DNA from: a virus
Taxonomy: Duplodnaviria; Caudoviricetes
Reading direction: 5' to 3' (one strand)
DNA length: 64,000 nt
Virus record (IMG/VR): IMGVR_UViG_3300020048_003360
Location: 96,001 to 160,000 of that record
Of this stretch, positions 40,311-51,000 are shown piece by piece. Each line of letters opens with the position of its first letter. Position 1 is the first letter of the stretch. The notes under the pieces were generated by a model. The model was not told the origin of the DNA, ran no database searches, and saw nothing but the letters and a program-made list of their open reading frames with translations. The translations under genes were made by a program, and so were the position numbers.

Positions 40311-40592
40311 TTAATCTACCTCAGTCCTACGCTCTACTGGCATAGTAGGAGGATCAATACCCTCCCTAAATTTAGGTTGAGGATTAACCTCACCCAACAG
40401 CTCAACAATCTGCAGTTCACACTGCGTCCAGTGTCTACTAATGACGATCGTGCCGTCAGGAGTAGATGCGGGAGTAATAACTACGTCATCGGGTTTTAAC
40501 CATGACGCTTTTACCCGCATTTGGAAACTGTTGGTTTCCGGTACGTATGTTGTTCCTGGAGGGGATATTGCGATTACTTTGAATCGTGCCAT
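40311..40592 (-). CDS. Hypothetical early protein
   Basis: 93 aa, AGGAG RBS, directly after the promoter at 40638. Confidence 0.7.
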   Translation of the reverse strand: MARFKVIAISPPGTTYVPETNSFQMRVKASWLKPDDVVITPASTPDGTIVISRHWTQCELQIVELLGEVNPQPKFREGIDPPTMPVERRTEVD

Positions 40593-40637
40593 TTTGACGC
40601 TCCTTAAGGTTAAAATAAGTAATTCTAGAGAATACTA

Positions 40638-40658
40638 CATATAGGTAATATATGTTTA
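40638..40658 (-). promoter_or_regulatory. Early-type promoter (variant)
   Basis: TAAACATATATTACCTATATG. Confidence 0.68.
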
Positions 40659-40763
40659 TAATATTCTAGAATCACACATTTAGTATAATAAATAAAAAAA
40701 AAATAAGTACCCAGTTACGGGTACTCTCTCCCAACTAAAACATCTAGTGGGGAGGCGATACGA

Positions 40764-41123
40764 CTAACCCTTGTACATCCGCTCTTCCGAGCGGATTTCC
40801 TTTCTTTCTTCGTGGCGCAGTTTCTGCGCCTCTTTCTTGAGGGATAACTCGTCGGCCCGAAGGCCTTGAACCATCGCCACCAGTTCAGAAAACATCGGGG
40901 CCAACGTCTTGTATATCTCGGGGATTTCCCCCGCCTCGTACTCCAACTGGATCTCGACGGCGTCGAGATTGAAATTAATATCCTTAGCCGCAGATACTTC
41001 AGTCCGATCAAGTTCTGGGACTTCCAACTTAACCCCATTGCGGGCCGTTACTAACACCGGCGTGGTGCCGCTCTCTACCTTTACGTTGATAGAGAAACTG
41101 CCCAGTTTGAAATTGGTTTTCAT
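40764..41123 (-). CDS. Hypothetical early protein, GC-rich gene
   Basis: 119 aa, AGGAG RBS, charged helical C-terminus. Confidence 0.75.
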   Translation of the reverse strand: MKTNFKLGSFSINVKVESGTTPVLVTARNGVKLEVPELDRTEVSAAKDINFNLDAVEIQLEYEAGEIPEIYKTLAPMFSELVAMVQGLRADELSLKKEAQKLRHEERKEIRSEERMYKG

Positions 41124-41201
41124 GCTACACTCCTATATTTGCTATTCACCCGTAGCACGGGTTGGTCATTTGACCTTAAGAACATACATTATTGTAATGT
41201 C

Positions 41202-41222
41202 CTCACTTTAGTTATATGTGAC
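41202..41222 (-). promoter_or_regulatory. Variant early promoter
   Basis: GTCACATATAACTAAAGTGAG, 20/21 identical to 6400..6420. Confidence 0.6.
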
Positions 41223-41312
41223 TGAAAAAATCTGGAATCAACCATTTGCGTTACTTATAATAAATAATAATCCTAAGTCGTTATTTTATGATCTAAAATA
41301 GGAGTACTCGTA

Positions 41313-44300
41313 ATGGCTAAGAAGACACAAAAGTTTAAAACAGATGATTTTGACTTTAATGACGGCATGGATGGTTTAGATATACCGGACTTTGGTGGTA
41401 TGCCAGATGGAGATACTGCAGTACAAAATAGTCGCACTGTAGCTACCGTTAAGACAGTAGGTGCTGTAGGTGCTGGATTTATAGATCAGGCCGCTAGTAT
41501 TTCTTTTATGAGAAATATGGTTAAAAAGACATTACCGTCTGGCTATGGTCAAGCTATGGATATGGTGGATGATACTGCTAGTACTATTCGCAATACTTAT
41601 AGTGAAGCTGTTAAAGAGATCAAGCCAGCTATTATAGATATAAAAAGAATAACTGCTAGAGTCTTACCATCGGTACAATCTGTATTACCACGTAGTGTGT
41701 CTGAAAAGATTAAACAGTGGACAGAACCAAAGAATAAAATTAATGATCTATCTAAAGAACAACAAGAAGAAGCTTCATTACAGATGCAGTTGGGTGAAAT
41801 ATTCCAAATGCAGGCTCAGGCTGACGCCACTAAAAGTTCTCAAGATAATGCAAAAGAAACAATTCAAAATGCTATCGAGCATGGCAGACACCAAGATATG
41901 TTTGGCGTACTGGACACTATGCGGATCAGTATGCAACAGTTGGCAAACTATCAGAATAAGATAGGTATTAATTTTCAAAGAAAGTCATTAGAATTACAAT
42001 TCAGAAGTTATTTTCTAGCACAACAATCATTAGTTGAGCAAAGAGAGTTTTTTGTAAAATCAATACTCAATCTAGAAGGTATTCTAAAGAATACTGGATT
42101 ACCTGAATTCTTAAAATTAAGGAATTCAGAACGTTTAAAAGAAGCATTGCGTAATAAGTTTATAGATACGGTAAGTGATACTGTTATAGGTAAGCGTAAA
42201 GATCTTGTAAAGAATGTTTTAAACAATGTAGGTGAGGCAGCTAAGAATAAGATATCTGAAACCATGAGTGCCATACGTAGTGGCATTGATATGGGTGAAC
42301 AGCTACACGAAATGTCCAGCATGATGAAAGAGTCTGGCATGGGCGGATCAACTAGCGAGTTGGTAGGCGGCATGGTAGGTGGTGCTGGTGCCGACTACAT
42401 AGGTGATAAGATAGCTAGGTCTGGACGTAGTCTATTTCGTGATGAAGAGGGTAAGATCAGAAGTAAAAGAAGTAATGAATTACTAGAAGATTATGATAGT
42501 GAGGAAAATAAAAAGAAATTAAGTATGTCTAAGCGCTTCGGTATGTGGTTAGATAAAACCATGCGTGATAACATACCACAAGAGCGTATTGATCAGATAG
42601 AAAAGTATGGTAATAAACTTAGTTATACTACTGAGAATATGCCACAACAAATGTTAGGTTGGCGTAAAAATAGAGAAAATGGTACTAGTATAGAAAGAGA
42701 GGGTTTCTTTGGTAAATTATTAAGTTTACTTGATCCCAATGGTGCACTCAGTGGCGTAGGTGATGTAGTTAGTGATTCTATCGGTAATGCAATGTCTACT
42801 GATAATGTCCTAACTGGCGATAGTGCTGGCAGTATGCAAGATTCCAGTGGTGCTGGATTTACCAGAGGCGCTAGTAAGTCAGTTACGGAAATCATTCCTG
42901 GATACCTAGCTCGCATTTATCAAGAATTACAGATTATACGGACAGGTAATGATAAAGTAGAGTTAGTAAGATATGACTTTAAAAATAATAGATTCGATAC
43001 AGCATCTAGTATAACTAAAGGCGTGGTTTCGTTATTAACGGGTGCTGACAAGAATGCTGAAGATAGGGCTATAGAACTAGATAAGTTTGTAAAGACAAAA
43101 AGATTAACTCCTGAGAAATTAAGAAAATTAGATACTGTAGATCCAAAACACCCAACTGATTTAACTGATCTATTAAAAGAATTAAAAATAACTAATGCTG
43201 AGTATTATAAATATAAAGGTCTTAAAAATGCTACTAAATCCACTAGTTCAGAAGAGGTTAAAAGACAGGCAAATGAACTAATTGAATTAATAGAAAAAGA
43301 TAAGCCTAAAGAAAAAAGATTAAATTCTAAACAAAAGGTAGCACTTAGAAAGATGCTCATTAAGAGCAGTATGGATGGTGAAATAGGTAGTTTTGAAAGA
43401 CTAAGTGATCCAGATACTTATAACACAAGAGAGACTAGGCCCTATGCGGATATTTATGCTGAATGGTTTAAGGAATATGCTGATGATGAAAACAATACAG
43501 ACGAAGAGTCTGCATCTAAAGATAGAGATTTTAAACAAAAAATAATAGCTAGAAAATATAATGAAATTGGCGATAGAGTACAGATACTAAATAGTCCACT
43601 TCAAGATCTACTAAATACTGGCCATAGAGATATTTTAGAAGAATTAGGTATACTAAAACCAGGTAGCGATAGATTAGAAGTAGATAAAATAAGAGAATAT
43701 CAAACCGGTGGTGTTAGCTTTGGAAAGAAAACCACTTATAAGAAACCTTTAGAAGCTGTGGTAGAGGATACTGAACCCCAATATGATTTAGACTTTACTC
43801 AGAATCCTCAAAATTCATTTAATTTTGGTACTACTAATGAGATCAATACTAAAGATAAGTTAGCTTTTAGTTCAAAGAGATCTAAATCATTATTTACAGA
43901 GCCTACAGACGTTACTCAAAATACGTCTACTGTAATAGGCACTGGTGGAATTAATGGTTCTATATTGGGTACATTAAAAGAAATTAATAATACAATTAAA
44001 ATAACCGTAGGTGATGTATTACTGCGTATAGAGCAACTCTTATCTAAGGATAGATCTGTTGATAGTGAATCTACAGGTTTAGATTGGGATATTCCTGAAG
44101 GACATGCAGATGGTGGAGTTATATATGAACCAAATTCAAAACTACGTGGTGGTGATTCTGTAGATAAGAAACTAAAACCAGGTAGCTATGTATTGCCTAC
44201 AGATACTACTAAGAAATTAGGATTATCTAGTGGTGGTTTAGTAGATACTAAACTAATGCATGGTGAGAGAGTATTAGATCCAGCTACCGTAAATAAGATT

Positions 44301-47300
44301 GGTGTAGATAAATTAGATGCTATAAAAGATGCCACACATACTCAACATCTAGCTGATGGTGGTAGTGTAGAAAGATCTAATTTAATAAAGGCAATTAAAG
44401 AAACTGCAAAAGATCTATTAGTAGTTATTAAAGAATCTAATAGTAAGAAAGAAATCATAGCAGTCAATACTACTCTAGAGCGTATTGAAAAACATCTAAA
44501 AGATGGACTAGTAGTGAATGTAAATGGAGTGGGTACTGGTAGCACCGGTAATACCTCTACTGGTAATAAGAAGCGTTGGTATAACGAGTCACTAAAGAAT
44601 GCAGCTGGTAGTTTATTTGGAGCTGGTGTCAATGCTGTAGGTGCTGTAGGTAAGTTTGCAGGTAAAGCTATAGGTGGTGCGTTTAGCAATACTGGTAAAT
44701 TATTGTTTGGTACTAAAAAGACAGTAATAAATAAAAATGAACCACTAACACCCACTACAGAAAAAGCTCTATTGGATATGGATCCAGCAGAGTTTAATGA
44801 AAAATATAGTAATACCCCAGCTTCTGAATTAAATCAGATGTTTGATCCTAAGTATGTACCAAAAACAGAACAAGGCTTTAGGGGTTTATTCGGCATAGGT
44901 AAAGATTTAATAAAATCTACATTTGGTAAATTCACAGAAGTTAAAGATATATACATTAAAGGTGAGTTTATTCCTAGACTAACAGCTTGGAAATTAAAAG
45001 CTGGTATGTATAAGGATCAGTTAACTGGCACTATAATTAAGTCTTATAAAGATATTGCTGGTGCTGTAGTGGATTCAGAAGGTAATATAGTACTCACTGC
45101 TGAAGAGGCTAAGAAAGCATTTATAAAAACTAATATTGGTGAAAAACTAATATCTGGCTTAGGTTCTATAGTCAAGGGTATTAAGAATACAGCTGGTGCT
45201 ATTATAGGTAGATTACCTGCAGTATATAGATTTGGTATTGAGGTAGTTAAAAAGCTATATAACCTTACCAAGATGCCACAAGATGTCTATGTGAAAGGTA
45301 AGAAAGATCCAGTACTATTAGCGAGAGTAATGAGAGTGCCTGATGGTTATATTTCTTCAGTAACTGGAAATATGATCAAGCATCCAGGTGATATTGATGG
45401 TCCAGTATATGGTCCAATTATTAATGGTAAAAGAGAAACTGTTTTAACCATGGAAGATCTACAAGCTGGTTTAGTAGATTATAATGGTAATCCAATTCGT
45501 AGTGGGTTGGGTAGAGTAGTTGGTTTCTTTACTGATAAAATTAAAACTGTAGGTAAATACGCTAAGAAAGGATTTGATTATGTTAAGACTAAAGTTAGTG
45601 GTGGTCTCAGTTATCTTGGTAATAAGATTAAGAATGCTGCCCAAGGTGGAGGATCTTCATTTGGCAACATCTCAATAGGTAATCCATTTGGCGGTAACAA
45701 TTTAGTAATAAAAAGACTAACTCAAATTAGAGACTTAATTAATCTTGGTTTACCAGAAAGTAGTAGACAGACATTTAATGATGCTGAAGATTTAAAATCT
45801 GTTATTAATTTAGGTGATAAGGCAAAAGAAGCAGTAGCTAGTGCAAAGTCAGCTATAAAGAATGTAATGCAATCTAGAACTGTAACTAAAGCCAAGACAC
45901 AAGCTAAAGATCTAATTAAAAAGGTAAATAAAAATAAATTTGTTAAGCAAGCAGTAGGTGAATTCAATAAGTTAAAAGTAGATCCAAATGAGCCTCTAAC
46001 TAGAACTACAGTAGAAGCTATGATGGCTATTTCCTCAGAAGAATTTAATGAAAAGTACGGTAATTCACAATTAACTAATGCTGAATTAAATGCTCAATTT
46101 GATCCCTCTAAAACACTAAAAGGTAGGGCTTTAACTAGTATTAAAAATACTTTTAATAAAGTATCAGAATCAGTAAAGAAAAGAACCACTGGAATTACCG
46201 GTAAGCTAAAGAAAGCATTAGGTCTAAAGCCCAGAGATCCATCTGATACAGCCACTGTTATTGCAGCTGGTCAGAAGAGTATTTTAGATGTACTTAAAGA
46301 AAGATTACCAGCTATAAAGAAACGTATTATTGGTGATGCTGATGGTGATGGTGATCGTGATGGTAGTTATTTAGATCAAATACGTAATAAGTTTAAATCG
46401 AAAGATAAGTCAGCAGATGGAACTACCCCAACAGATGGTAGTGGTATAGCTGGTAAAGGACTATTGGGTACTATAGCTAGTTTATTTAGTAAGAAGAAAA
46501 AAGACGATTCTGCTGCTACTGCAAGTCCATCTGGCGTCATTGGTGGTGTATCAGATCTAGCTACTGGTGCTGCTGCTGGCGGTATAGCTAGTAAAGCCTT
46601 AGGTTATGGAAAGAAAGCTTTAGGTTGGGTAGCTAAAGGTGCATTAGGTCTAAAGGCTTTAGTTGGTCTAGGTGGTGCTGCTACAGCTGGTACGGCTGCT
46701 GCTGGAGCTGGTGGTGCTGCTGCGGCAGGTGGTGGCTTATTAGCTGGGACAGCAGCATTATTAGCATCTCCTGTGGTATTGGGTGTTTTAGCAGTAGCTG
46801 CTACAGCAGCAGTAGGATACGGTCTTTATAAAGGTTATAAATTCTTAACTAAAAAGAAAATTACTCCTTTATCTAAAATTAGATATGCTCAATATGGCTT
46901 CCTTGAAAAAGATACTGAGCATTTACAAGGAGTATTTGGTTTAGAAGATATACTTAAAGAGGCTGTTAGTTATAAAGGTGGAGTAGCCACTTTAGATGGG
47001 ACTAAGATAAAGGTTAAGGACATAGTCGGTGCGTTTGGTGTAGACTTAGAGAACAAAGATCAATTCACTAAACTAATGCAGTGGATTACAAATCGTTTTA
47101 AACCAGTTTATCTAACCCATCTAACTGCCTTACATAGTGTAGCTCCTGGTAAATCTTTAGATAGAGTAGAATCTTTAAAACCCACTGAACAGAAGCAATA
47201 TCTAAATATCGCTAAGTTCACTGAAGGTCCATATAGCTACAGTGGCTCACCATTTCCTAAAGATGGTTCTTTAGCAGCTGGTCCAAACGATGTAAAGAAA

Positions 47301-50300
47301 GCAGTAGCTGAAGTAGAAGAAACACTAAAAGATGTAAAAGATATAGCTGTTCCTGGTGCCGCTGCTTTAGTAGGTGCAAATGCAGCAGCTAGAAGTAATG
47401 ATCTTACGGAAACAAAAACCGGTAAGGTCATGAAAGCTGAAAAAGAACCAGAGTCACTATGGAGTAAAACTAAATCAGCCTTAACTAGTAAAACTGCAGC
47501 ATATACGGCAGCAGGTGTATTGGGTGTATTGGGTTTAAGTAGTGCTGTATTTGGCATAGGTGCCACAGCCTCTGCAGTGGGCGGTACGCTTGCATTAGGC
47601 GCTGGTGCTACTGTAGGTACGTTGGGACTAGCTGCCGGCCTAATAACGGGCATAGCTGGCCTTCTAGCTACCCCTGTAGTTATAGGTACATTAGTAGCTG
47701 GTGCTACAGCTTATGGTTTATATAAAGGCTATAAACAATTAACTAAAACTAAATTAAATGTTTTGTCTAAAATTAGATACGCTCAGTATGGTTTCCTAGC
47801 TACCGACGAAGCTCATCTAGAAGTAGTATTTGGTTTAGAAAAAATAGTTAAAGATGCTGTAGCTTATTCTGAAGGACAAGCACAATTTAGAGAAGATAAA
47901 TTAGCTAAAGTTCTTAAAGAAGCACTTAAGAGTTTTAATATAGACATAAATGATAAACCAGCATTATCTAAGTTTACTACTTGGTTTGGTTTGCGTTTTA
48001 AACCAGTTTATTTATTACATCTTAGTGCCCTAAATACGGTAGGTAAAGATAAAACTCTATCTGACGTAGGAACTATGTTACCAATAGAGAAACAAAAATA
48101 TCTAGATCTTATAAAGTTCTCAGATGGTCCGTATAATGAAAAGACATCACCATTCCCTAATGACAAGGAATTAGTAGCTACAGGAACTGAAGTTAGGACA
48201 TATATCGATATCGCATCTAAAGAAATTAAAGATCAATTAAGTGGTAAAAGACCTAATCAAACTAAATTAGGTACCACAATCCTAGCTGGCGCTACAGAAG
48301 GATTTAAAAAGGCTGGTGTTTTAGGCGCCTTAGCTGGTGGTTCTATGGCATTAACCAATGTAGTTGCTAACAGTTTAATTGGGGATGCCAAGGCTAAGGC
48401 TTTAGATCCTAAAAAGATCGCTGGTGACGCACTTAAGTTAGCTACTGGTGAATCTAGCTCTGATATTAATATTTCTGTAAATGGTATTCCTGGTAATTTA
48501 AATGCTTTCAATAAAGGTAAGCTAGACGCATTAACTACAATTAGGTATAAAACATATGGTTTAGTAGAGATGGAATTGAGTAAGGTAAAGGCACTAGATG
48601 CTTTAGAAACACTCATTAGTAAGAGAGTCGTTTATAAAGGTGATATTGCCCATTGGGAAAGTTCAATTGAGAATGTTATAAATACCATAGGTAGTACATT
48701 TGGTGTTAATAACTATACTAGTAAAGAAGCAATTAAGTTTACCTCTTGGTTTAATTTACGTTTCTTACCTGTGTATTTAAACTTTCTTACTACTTTAACT
48801 AAACTTACTGGTAGTAAAGTAAAAACAACCACACTAACTACACTCAAACCAGAATCACTATTAGATTTAGCTATATCTATCTACACAACCAGTACTAAAA
48901 ATGAAGGTAATACCATTAGTGTTTGGAGACTACCCGATAGTCCATGGGATGGATACGTACTGAATGATGAAGTAAAATCAACTGAAGGTAACGTACAGTC
49001 CATTAGAGATGGTATTAAAGAGTCTGTTTTAGCTGAAGAAAATGCTAAAGATAAAGCAGGTCCAGTAAAGAATCCATTCTTAGATAAGGTTAAAGACACC
49101 GCATCAAATGTTTTTGATAAAGCAACTACTGGACTTAGTAACTTTGCTAGTAATATTGGTTTAGGTGCTGTCAGTAAAGGTATTGATAGTGTTTCTTACG
49201 ATATTGGACAGGCTCTTTTTGGAGGTAAGGAAGTTACACATGCTGGGAATGGTACTGGTGGCGATATTAACAGCATTCCATTACCTAAAGGAGATGGTTC
49301 ATGGGATGCTGTAAAAGACACCATCGTAGCTGCTTCTAGAATGGTTGGTGTCGATGAAAAAGTAATGGCCACTATGGCCGCAGTTGAATCTGGTTTCCGT
49401 ACAAGAGTTAAGGCCGAAACTAGTAGTGCTACAGGTCTTTATCAGTTTATTAAAGATACCTGGAAAAGTATGATTCTGAAGTATGGGAAGAAGTATGGTA
49501 TACACCCAAGGACAGAGCCCACTGATCCTAGAGCAAATGCCCTAATGGGTGCTGAGTATATTAAAGAAAATATTCAGGCGATTAAAGGTACCTTAAAAAG
49601 ACCATTAACCGATACTGATGTTTACTTAGCACACTTCTTAGGTGCTGGTGGGGCCAAAACATTCTTTAGAGCAGATACAAATGAAATTGCCGCTAGAGTA
49701 ATGCCCAAAGCAGCAGCTGCTAATAGTAGTATTTTTTATCATGCCAATAGAACACCTAGGACTATAGGAGAAACATATAGTGAAATAAATCGTAGATTTA
49801 GATCAAAGGCTAAGAAGTTTGAAACAGCTGAAATGGGAATGAGTAGTTCAGTACCCACCAATACTAAAGGTGCTACAGCTCCTATTGCTGGTGCTACGCC
49901 TAAGGTAGATAAGACGCAACCTACTATAGCTAAAGCACCTGAAGCTACAACTACTAGGAAGGGTAGAGGATCTACTACAGTAGATACTAATAAACCAGTT
50001 TTAACTACAGTACCTACAATAGCTAAAGCGGCTAATGATCCTATGGGATCTAAAGTACCTATATTAGCTGCAGTACCTACAGTAGCTAAAGTTGATTCTA
50101 AACCTACAGTAGCTAAAGTTGATTCTAAACCCACACTAGCTAAAGTTGTTAATGAACCAATGACAACTAAGGTACCTACAGCGCCATTAGGAGGTACTAA
50201 ATCTAAAGTAGATATCATTCAGCCAACTCTAGCAGAAGTACCGCCTATAGCTACTCCTAAGGCCCCTAGTGATGTTCCTACTAAAGTAGTACTTAGTGAC

Positions 50301-50972
50301 GAAGATGCAACAGCTAAAGTTATTGCAGAAAAAGCATTTGATAACTTAGCCGCCGGAATGCATGCTGATAAAGTTGCTAAGTATGTAGCAAAACACGGTA
50401 AGCAACCGTCATGGGCTAATAGAGACACATCTAGTGGAGTCTCTCTAACTACTGCTAAGTTAGATAATACTTCAGTTAAACTTAACACGACACCAGTTAA
50501 GCTTAAAGATGGTGGTCTAGTAGAAGATAGGAAGTTATTTGAGATTAGTGACCAGACGCCTGGTTTAGTGGCTGCTAGATCTACTACTAAACCAAAAATA
50601 AAGGTAGTTAAGAGTAGTGAGAAAACTGAAAATGACGTTAGTGGTATAGCAAATGGTGGATTTATGTCTCCTAGAGCTAGAGATGCAATTGCTCAAAAAG
50701 ACTATCAAAAGTCTGCTACTGCTGAAACACTAAAGAAAGTTAGTAAGACTCTAGATTCTTCACTAAGTGTTAATGAAGATCAATTAGAAGTTTTAAATAA
50801 AATACTAGCTACAATTACTAAAGGTATTGTTAACAAGGCTAAAGCAGACTCCCAATCTACTAGCAAGATTACCAATAGTAATCCACAACCTACTGGCACT
50901 AATCACTCTATGAATAGAGGAGCAAGTAGAGCTCCAGAAGCTCCTGTATCTATGAGTAAAAGAACTGCTTAA
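41313..50972 (+). CDS. Giant tail-associated lytic transglycosylase / tape-measure-like protein (phiKZ gp181-like)
   Basis: 3219 aa; SLT domain MAAVESGF...SSATGLYQFIKDTW...ANALMGAEY...YLAHFLGAGG; Gly/Ala hydrophobic segments; position next to RNAP beta-prime. Confidence 0.88.
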   Translation: MAKKTQKFKTDDFDFNDGMDGLDIPDFGGMPDGDTAVQNSRTVATVKTVGAVGAGFIDQAASISFMRNMVKKTLPSGYGQAMDMVDDTASTIRNTYSEAVKEIKPAIIDIKRITARVLPSVQSVLPRSVSEKIKQWTEPKNKINDLSKEQQEEASLQMQLGEIFQMQAQADATKSSQDNAKETIQNAIEHGRHQDMFGVLDTMRISMQQLANYQNKIGINFQRKSLELQFRSYFLAQQSLVEQREFFVKSILNLEGILKNTGLPEFLKLRNSERLKEALRNKFIDTVSDTVIGKRKDLVKNVLNNVGEAAKNKISETMSAIRSGIDMGEQLHEMSSMMKESGMGGSTSELVGGMVGGAGADYIGDKIARSGRSLFRDEEGKIRSKRSNELLEDYDSEENKKKLSMSKRFGMWLDKTMRDNIPQERIDQIEKYGNKLSYTTENMPQQMLGWRKNRENGTSIEREGFFGKLLSLLDPNGALSGVGDVVSDSIGNAMSTDNVLTGDSAGSMQDSSGAGFTRGASKSVTEIIPGYLARIYQELQIIRTGNDKVELVRYDFKNNRFDTASSITKGVVSLLTGADKNAEDRAIELDKFVKTKRLTPEKLRKLDTVDPKHPTDLTDLLKELKITNAEYYKYKGLKNATKSTSSEEVKRQANELIELIEKDKPKEKRLNSKQKVALRKMLIKSSMDGEIGSFERLSDPDTYNTRETRPYADIYAEWFKEYADDENNTDEESASKDRDFKQKIIARKYNEIGDRVQILNSPLQDLLNTGHRDILEELGILKPGSDRLEVDKIREYQTGGVSFGKKTTYKKPLEAVVEDTEPQYDLDFTQNPQNSFNFGTTNEINTKDKLAFSSKRSKSLFTEPTDVTQNTSTVIGTGGINGSILGTLKEINNTIKITVGDVLLRIEQLLSKDRSVDSESTGLDWDIPEGHADGGVIYEPNSKLRGGDSVDKKLKPGSYVLPTDTTKKLGLSSGGLVDTKLMHGERVLDPATVNKIGVDKLDAIKDATHTQHLADGGSVERSNLIKAIKETAKDLLVVIKESNSKKEIIAVNTTLERIEKHLKDGLVVNVNGVGTGSTGNTSTGNKKRWYNESLKNAAGSLFGAGVNAVGAVGKFAGKAIGGAFSNTGKLLFGTKKTVINKNEPLTPTTEKALLDMDPAEFNEKYSNTPASELNQMFDPKYVPKTEQGFRGLFGIGKDLIKSTFGKFTEVKDIYIKGEFIPRLTAWKLKAGMYKDQLTGTIIKSYKDIAGAVVDSEGNIVLTAEEAKKAFIKTNIGEKLISGLGSIVKGIKNTAGAIIGRLPAVYRFGIEVVKKLYNLTKMPQDVYVKGKKDPVLLARVMRVPDGYISSVTGNMIKHPGDIDGPVYGPIINGKRETVLTMEDLQAGLVDYNGNPIRSGLGRVVGFFTDKIKTVGKYAKKGFDYVKTKVSGGLSYLGNKIKNAAQGGGSSFGNISIGNPFGGNNLVIKRLTQIRDLINLGLPESSRQTFNDAEDLKSVINLGDKAKEAVASAKSAIKNVMQSRTVTKAKTQAKDLIKKVNKNKFVKQAVGEFNKLKVDPNEPLTRTTVEAMMAISSEEFNEKYGNSQLTNAELNAQFDPSKTLKGRALTSIKNTFNKVSESVKKRTTGITGKLKKALGLKPRDPSDTATVIAAGQKSILDVLKERLPAIKKRIIGDADGDGDRDGSYLDQIRNKFKSKDKSADGTTPTDGSGIAGKGLLGTIASLFSKKKKDDSAATASPSGVIGGVSDLATGAAAGGIASKALGYGKKALGWVAKGALGLKALVGLGGAATAGTAAAGAGGAAAAGGGLLAGTAALLASPVVLGVLAVAATAAVGYGLYKGYKFLTKKKITPLSKIRYAQYGFLEKDTEHLQGVFGLEDILKEAVSYKGGVATLDGTKIKVKDIVGAFGVDLENKDQFTKLMQWITNRFKPVYLTHLTALHSVAPGKSLDRVESLKPTEQKQYLNIAKFTEGPYSYSGSPFPKDGSLAAGPNDVKKAVAEVEETLKDVKDIAVPGAAALVGANAAARSNDLTETKTGKVMKAEKEPESLWSKTKSALTSKTAAYTAAGVLGVLGLSSAVFGIGATASAVGGTLALGAGATVGTLGLAAGLITGIAGLLATPVVIGTLVAGATAYGLYKGYKQLTKTKLNVLSKIRYAQYGFLATDEAHLEVVFGLEKIVKDAVAYSEGQAQFREDKLAKVLKEALKSFNIDINDKPALSKFTTWFGLRFKPVYLLHLSALNTVGKDKTLSDVGTMLPIEKQKYLDLIKFSDGPYNEKTSPFPNDKELVATGTEVRTYIDIASKEIKDQLSGKRPNQTKLGTTILAGATEGFKKAGVLGALAGGSMALTNVVANSLIGDAKAKALDPKKIAGDALKLATGESSSDINISVNGIPGNLNAFNKGKLDALTTIRYKTYGLVEMELSKVKALDALETLISKRVVYKGDIAHWESSIENVINTIGSTFGVNNYTSKEAIKFTSWFNLRFLPVYLNFLTTLTKLTGSKVKTTTLTTLKPESLLDLAISIYTTSTKNEGNTISVWRLPDSPWDGYVLNDEVKSTEGNVQSIRDGIKESVLAEENAKDKAGPVKNPFLDKVKDTASNVFDKATTGLSNFASNIGLGAVSKGIDSVSYDIGQALFGGKEVTHAGNGTGGDINSIPLPKGDGSWDAVKDTIVAASRMVGVDEKVMATMAAVESGFRTRVKAETSSATGLYQFIKDTWKSMILKYGKKYGIHPRTEPTDPRANALMGAEYIKENIQAIKGTLKRPLTDTDVYLAHFLGAGGAKTFFRADTNEIAARVMPKAAAANSSIFYHANRTPRTIGETYSEINRRFRSKAKKFETAEMGMSSSVPTNTKGATAPIAGATPKVDKTQPTIAKAPEATTTRKGRGSTTVDTNKPVLTTVPTIAKAANDPMGSKVPILAAVPTVAKVDSKPTVAKVDSKPTLAKVVNEPMTTKVPTAPLGGTKSKVDIIQPTLAEVPPIATPKAPSDVPTKVVLSDEDATAKVIAEKAFDNLAAGMHADKVAKYVAKHGKQPSWANRDTSSGVSLTTAKLDNTSVKLNTTPVKLKDGGLVEDRKLFEISDQTPGLVAARSTTKPKIKVVKSSEKTENDVSGIANGGFMSPRARDAIAQKDYQKSATAETLKKVSKTLDSSLSVNEDQLEVLNKILATITKGIVNKAKADSQSTSKITNSNPQPTGTNHSMNRGASRAPEAPVSMSKRTA
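50076..50147 (+). repeat. In-frame 27-nt tandem repeat (PTVAKVDSK, about 2.7 copies)
   Basis: CCTACAGTAGCTAAAGTTGATTCTAAA twice, plus a partial third copy. Confidence 0.85.
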
Positions 50973-51000
50973 TTAATCTATGGTGTAGTGAAGAAATTAA

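Noticed and set aside
50076-50147. Direct repeats as a possible CRISPR array
   Set aside because: 27-nt units are contiguous with no spacers and are in frame within the gp181-like gene. No repeat-spacer array was seen anywhere in the window.
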